Assembly (NCBI GenBank): GCA_048886685.1
Contig: JBHLKM010000011.1
Location: 15,115-79,114 of the forward strand
Length of the DNA: 64,000 bases
Direction of reading: 5' to 3'
Source: Candidatus Hodarchaeota archaeon
GTDB taxonomy: Archaea > Asgardarchaeota > Lokiarchaeia > Sigyniarchaeales > SOKP01
Positions 59,609 to 64,000 of the stretch are shown in pieces. Position 1 is the first letter of the stretch. Each line of letters opens with the position of its first letter. The translations under genes and the position numbers were made by a program. The notes under the pieces are model-generated. The model was not told where the DNA came from. It worked only from the letters and a program-made list of their open reading frames with translations, and made no database searches.

Positions 59609-60652
59609 TCAATTTTTTGCATATTTCTCTTCAAATATCTTTCTTAAGACACTTGATTCTCGGAGTAGATCTAATGCTATCTGGTCATGGTTTTTTGTGT
59701 ATCCATTACCAATAATCATAGACACATCTTTTCCTACACCCTCTGCTCCAAGTGCAGCTTTAGTAAAGCTAGTAGCCATGGAAAAGAAATATACTATTCC
59801 ACCATCTCTAACAGGAAGAATGCAGGATAATTCTGTATTAGGAATACTTAGACAGTTTATTGAAATGTCAACTTCATTTCCATTATTTACTTCTAAAGTC
59901 TTATTTAGCACATCCGTGGGCTGATAAACATCAGCAATTATAACTTCATGACAAAAATCAGTATTACGCAAAAATTTTGCTCTTTTTTCATTTCTGGCTT
60001 GACCAATAACCTTTCCTTTTTTTCCAACTAATTTCTTAGCAACATAGGAGCACATTAATCCAGACTTGCCTGTTGCCCCTAAAATTAAAACTATATTTCC
60101 AGGCTTCACTAATTTTTGGACCTGAGCAGGTGCTCCTGCCACATCTAATACTGCTAATGCTAATGTATCATCCATATCTTCAGGAAGTTTGCCATAAATA
60201 CCACTTTCAAAAAGAATCGCTTTTCCTTCAATTTCTACTCTATCGATATTTGGATTAACATCTAAAATTTTATCAATTCGTAGTGGTGTCAAGGAAAGTG
60301 AAACTAATGTAGCAATCTTATCCCCTTCTTTTATTTTGACCTTATCCCTCAATGAGTCTCCAATTTTCTCAACTTTTCCAATAAGAATACCCCCAGAACC
60401 AGTAACAGGATTTTGCATTTTACCTCTTTCATTTACAATTTCCATTATTTTCGCTTTAACTTTTTCAATATCTCCTTTCGCTTCTTCTTCAAGTTGCGTA
60501 AAACTAGCAGAATCAATATTAAGGTAGTCAACGTCGATCAAAATTTCATTATTAAATATCTCCATATCGTTTGATATTATTAATGCGGGTTGTGGAAGTG
60601 TTCCTTTAGGTTCAATTACTCTATGAGTCCCATACTTATTTCCTTTTCTCAT
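59609..60652 (-). CDS. kdd: L-erythro-3,5-diaminohexanoate dehydrogenase
   Basis: YGTHRVIEPKG, NIDSASF, GKMQNPVTGSGG, LVSLSLTPL, DVAGAP and FFSMATSF. Confidence 0.95.
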   Translation of the reverse strand: MRKGNKYGTHRVIEPKGTLPQPALIISNDMEIFNNEILIDVDYLNIDSASFTQLEEEAKGDIEKVKAKIMEIVNERGKMQNPVTGSGGILIGKVEKIGDSLRDKVKIKEGDKIATLVSLSLTPLRIDKILDVNPNIDRVEIEGKAILFESGIYGKLPEDMDDTLALAVLDVAGAPAQVQKLVKPGNIVLILGATGKSGLMCSYVAKKLVGKKGKVIGQARNEKRAKFLRNTDFCHEVIIADVYQPTDVLNKTLEVNNGNEVDISINCLSIPNTELSCILPVRDGGIVYFFSMATSFTKAALGAEGVGKDVSMIIGNGYTKNHDQIALDLLRESSVLRKIFEEKYAKN

Positions 60653-60689
60653 AATAATCCTCCTTTGATAATTTTCTATTTTCTATTTA

Positions 60690-61406
60690 TTATGATTTTA
60701 TACCTATATACAGACCTCTTCCTTCCATTAATCCATCTTTCAAAAATTCTGCTTGGAAACCAGCATCATTCATTATCTCTAAAAACTTATCGATCTCAAA
60801 AAGCCCAACTTCATGTTTATCAACAAAATATTTAACCTCTTTATCTCGTTCGAGAATTAAATAATGCATTTCCATAATCGAGACATCATTCTCTAATGCG
60901 GTTGTATTTAGTCTAGCAATTTTTATGTTTTCTCCATCATATGTAGTCATTCCAAGGTGTCCTACCTGATATGTTGATTTAGTAAACCACGGTTCAATAA
61001 TTACGACTCCGCTTGATTTTAAATGATTCCCAAAGTTTATAATTGTTTTTTCTAAGTTATCATAAGTTTTTACATATCCAATTGAACTAAATAGACAGGT
61101 TATTACATCGAATTTATCATTTAAAGAAAAATTTATCATATCCACCGTTTTAAAATCAACATCACTAAGACTATTTTTTGCTGCATTTATCATTTCATCA
61201 TTTATGTCAATACCAGTGCAAGAGAAATTTTCTCTAAAATATTCTAAATGTTTTCCTGTTCCACAAGCTACATCAAGTAACTTGTTCCCATCGGATTTTT
61301 TATACTTTTTAATTAGTTTATTAATACTATTAACTTCCTTCTTATAATCCTTCCAAGAATAAATAAGATCATAATACTTTGCTAATTCTTTATACATCAT
61401 TATCAT
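60690..61406 (-). CDS. Class I SAM methyltransferase (TylM1/DesVI-like pattern)
   Basis: YYDLIY, LLDVACGTG, TCLFSSIGY and IEPW. Confidence 0.85.
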   Translation of the reverse strand: MIMMYKELAKYYDLIYSWKDYKKEVNSINKLIKKYKKSDGNKLLDVACGTGKHLEYFRENFSCTGIDINDEMINAAKNSLSDVDFKTVDMINFSLNDKFDVITCLFSSIGYVKTYDNLEKTIINFGNHLKSSGVVIIEPWFTKSTYQVGHLGMTTYDGENIKIARLNTTALENDVSIMEMHYLILERDKEVKYFVDKHEVGLFEIDKFLEIMNDAGFQAEFLKDGLMEGRGLYIGIKS

Positions 61407-61427
61407 TTATATTAATAGGTAATATGA

Positions 61428-62252
61428 TTATAATAAACCTAAGATTTTACGTGCCTCATTTGGGGATGCAATATCTCTACCATTTTTATTTGCCATATTA
61501 ACAACTTTTTGTACTAACTCCCCATTTGACCTAGCTAATACACTTTTTGAAATATATATGTTATCTTCAAAGCCTACTCGTGCATGACCTCCTCTTCTAA
61601 TAGCGATTTCTACCATTGGAAATTCATACTTACCAATCGCACAAACTGTATATGTTGAATTTTTAGGTATGCTTTCTATGAGAAAGATTAAATCGCGAGG
61701 GGTAGCGGTTATTCCCCCAATAACTCCTAGAACAAAATTGAAATGCATTGGTTCTTTAATATATCCCTTTTTATGTAATCTTAATGCCATATCAATCATT
61801 CCTTTATCAAAACATTCTAATTCATATTTTATACCAATTCTATTCATCTCTTTGGCAAAATATATTATAGTATTTTCTGTATTCACAAAAATTTCATCCC
61901 CACCAAAGTTCATTGTCCCACAATCTAAAGTTGCCATCTCCGGAGGAGGTTCCATATATATTGGCTGTAATCTTTCTTCATTACTCATTCCAATCGCACC
62001 ACCAGTGGATGGCTGAATAATAATCTCGGGGCATCGCTTTTTGATTTCTTCAATACACACCTTAAATCGTTCTTCATTTTGAGTAGGAGTACCGTCATCT
62101 TCTCTAACATGTAAATGAATGATACTCGCTCCAGCCTTATATGCTGATTCTGCTTCTCTTCCAATTTCTTCTACTGTATATGGCACATTTTTATTATGTT
62201 CTTTGGTAACTTCAGCACCACATATAGCAGCTGTAATTATGAGTTTTTCCAT
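61428..62252 (-). CDS. kce: 3-keto-5-aminohexanoate cleavage enzyme
   Basis: LIITAAICGAE, IIHLHVR, QPSTGG, TLDCGTMNFG, ELECFD and GHARVGFEDN. Confidence 0.93.
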   Translation of the reverse strand: MEKLIITAAICGAEVTKEHNKNVPYTVEEIGREAESAYKAGASIIHLHVREDDGTPTQNEERFKVCIEEIKKRCPEIIIQPSTGGAIGMSNEERLQPIYMEPPPEMATLDCGTMNFGGDEIFVNTENTIIYFAKEMNRIGIKYELECFDKGMIDMALRLHKKGYIKEPMHFNFVLGVIGGITATPRDLIFLIESIPKNSTYTVCAIGKYEFPMVEIAIRRGGHARVGFEDNIYISKSVLARSNGELVQKVVNMANKNGRDIASPNEARKILGLL

Positions 62253-62264
62253 TATAATTCATAC

Positions 62265-63452
62265 TTAGATAATATTTTCCTTATACATTTCTCCAATATC
62301 TTTTTCATTATAACCTAAATCAAGTAATATATCTTTTGTATGTTGGCCTAAAACAGGTGGTGCGGTTAAGATTTCTCCGGGAGTGTCAAAAAGTTTTAAA
62401 GGAACGCCAGTGACCTTTATTTTTCCTGCTTTTGGGTGATCAAGTTCTTGCACCATTTTCCTGTGCAACACTTGAGGATCACTGAATAATTTATCCATAG
62501 TATAAATCGGTCCACAAGGAACCCCAGCTTTAGTTAAGATATTGAGCCATTCTGCTGCTTCTTTAGTACAAATGAGATTTTCAATAATTTTTACAACTTC
62601 TTCCCTATTTCTAACCCTCATGGAATTAGTTGCATATTTTGGATCATTCATTATTTCTTCTAAACCAACAGCTTTACAGAATTTCTCCCATAATTGATCA
62701 TTGCCAACCGCCAAATTGAAATAGGTATCTTTTGCTTTAAACGCTTGATATGGAACAATCACTGGGTGACCAGATCCCAAAGGTTTCGGAATCTCTCCAG
62801 ATACGAAGAAAGATCCTGCTTGATATGTTAACCAAGCAACTTGGTTGTCTAGTAACGAATTATCTATTTTTTGACCCTTTCCAGTTTTTTGTCTATAAAA
62901 AAGCGCAACCATAATTCCATATGCAGCAAACATCCCCCCAGCGATATCTGCAACTGCTACACCAACCTTTATTGGAGGTCCATTCGGTTCCCCTGTAATA
63001 CTCATTAATCCCCCCATACCTTGTAATACCTGATCCATACCAGGTAATAATCGATATGGGCCATCTTGACCAAATCCTGAAATACTACAATAAATTATCT
63101 TTGGATTTATTTCTTTTATTTCTGTATAGCTTAGTCCCAACTTCTCCATAGTACCAGGTCGGAAATTTTCGACAATGACATCTGATTGCTTAATCAAATT
63201 ATGAACAATTTCCGTACTTCTTTCTTTTTTTAAATTTAATGTCATGCTTTTTTTATTACGATTAACACTTATAAAATAAGCACTTTCTCCTTCTTGAAAT
63301 GGAGGTCCCCAAGCTCGAGAATCATCTCCACTTCCTGGCATTTCTAATTTAATTACTTCAGCGCCCATATCTGCTAGCATCATTGTACAATATGGACCTG
63401 CAAGAGCCCTTGATAAATCTAAAACTTTTATTCCCTCAAGTGGTCTAACCAT
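62265..63452 (-). CDS. Class III CoA transferase (CaiB/BaiF)
   Basis: LAGP, LADMGAEVIK, NRNKKS, ENFRPG and catalytic Asp in VADIAGG. Confidence 0.92.
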   Translation of the reverse strand: MVRPLEGIKVLDLSRALAGPYCTMMLADMGAEVIKLEMPGSGDDSRAWGPPFQEGESAYFISVNRNKKSMTLNLKKERSTEIVHNLIKQSDVIVENFRPGTMEKLGLSYTEIKEINPKIIYCSISGFGQDGPYRLLPGMDQVLQGMGGLMSITGEPNGPPIKVGVAVADIAGGMFAAYGIMVALFYRQKTGKGQKIDNSLLDNQVAWLTYQAGSFFVSGEIPKPLGSGHPVIVPYQAFKAKDTYFNLAVGNDQLWEKFCKAVGLEEIMNDPKYATNSMRVRNREEVVKIIENLICTKEAAEWLNILTKAGVPCGPIYTMDKLFSDPQVLHRKMVQELDHPKAGKIKVTGVPLKLFDTPGEILTAPPVLGQHTKDILLDLGYNEKDIGEMYKENII

Positions 63453-63461
63453 AGAATTTTT

Positions 63462-64000
63462 TCACTTGGTCAATTTTTTGCATTCAATTAATGATTCATT
63501 AATCATATCTGCTGCATAATCTAGATGATCATTTGTATGCCGATAACAAATATAGCCATGATGAAAGGGTTGGAGAAAAACTTTACGGCGAATTAGCTGT
63601 CTGTAAAATTCTTCTCGTAATTTTTTATATAAAAGATTGGGGTCACGCTCAAATGTAATATATGGCATCCAAGGTGCTCCAGAGAATACACATGGGATAT
63701 CGCTTTCTTCGATCAAGTCTATTACTTTTTTTGCGAATTCATTTCCTTTTTTACTTATATTCTCTAACACTTTTTCACGTTCTAAAATCTCTATTGTTTT
63801 AAGTGATGCAATTTGTGCTAAACTATTAGGGAAAAAAGTTGAACTAAGAAACACATCCTCGACTAATACATCCATAACCTTTTGTTTCCCACCAAGGAAA
63901 CTAATCGGGTAACCATTTGCCATTGCCTTTCCAAAAGCAGCAAGATCAGGTATAACATTAAAAAATTTTTGGGCTCCTCCGAGGTCAAATCGAAAACCAG
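63462..64000 (-). CDS. kat: HemL-like class III aminotransferase, probable 3-aminobutyryl-CoA aminotransferase (5' truncated by window edge)
   Basis: The frame is open to the window edge: GFRFDLGGAQ..PDLAAFGKAMANGYP (PLP-Lys)..LSSTFFPNS; lies at the head of the lysine operon. Confidence 0.65.
   Translation of the reverse strand, partial: GFRFDLGGAQKFFNVIPDLAAFGKAMANGYPISFLGGKQKVMDVLVEDVFLSSTFFPNSLAQIASLKTIEILEREKVLENISKKGNEFAKKVIDLIEESDIPCVFSGAPWMPYITFERDPNLLYKKLREEFYRQLIRRKVFLQPFHHGYICYRHTNDHLDYAADMINESLIECKKLTK

Noticed and set aside
1-64000. CRISPR arrays, tRNA/rRNA genes, transposases, integrases
   Set aside because: None recognised; intergenic regions are short and AT-rich, without periodic repeats.

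Overview
AT-rich, gene-dense chromosomal segment, most likely from an Asgard archaeon (Lokiarchaeia-like). The assignment is inferred from a Loki-type profilin, a gelsolin-domain protein and two longin-like fusion proteins. It reads as an anaerobic amino-acid catabolism region. (i) An arginine/proline cluster: ArcE-type arginine synthetase, ornithine carbamoyltransferase, carbamate kinase, ornithine aminotransferase, a W/Mo aldehyde:ferredoxin oxidoreductase and a proline/sarcosine-dehydrogenase-like pair; no arginine deiminase is present. (ii) A lysine fermentation operon (kat-like aminotransferase, class III CoA transferase, kce, an inserted methyltransferase, kdd, kamA, kamB, kamD, kamE) with no kal or kamC in the window. 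(iii) Citrate-cycle genes: aconitase, sucCD with an apparent ATT start, two-subunit ATP-citrate lyase plus IDH, and the end of GDH. The strongest novelty candidates are a two-gene operon of a gelsolin domain fused to about 7 helical repeats of ~63 aa plus a headless 5-repeat paralog, and a 7TM-longin fusion. At least five gene remnants lie between genes, four of them missed by the ORF track; the fifth is an OTC/oxidase chimera with a ~94%-identical 427-bp duplication. No rRNA, tRNA, CRISPR array or transposase was recognised. All family assignments come from motif reading and recall, not database searches.
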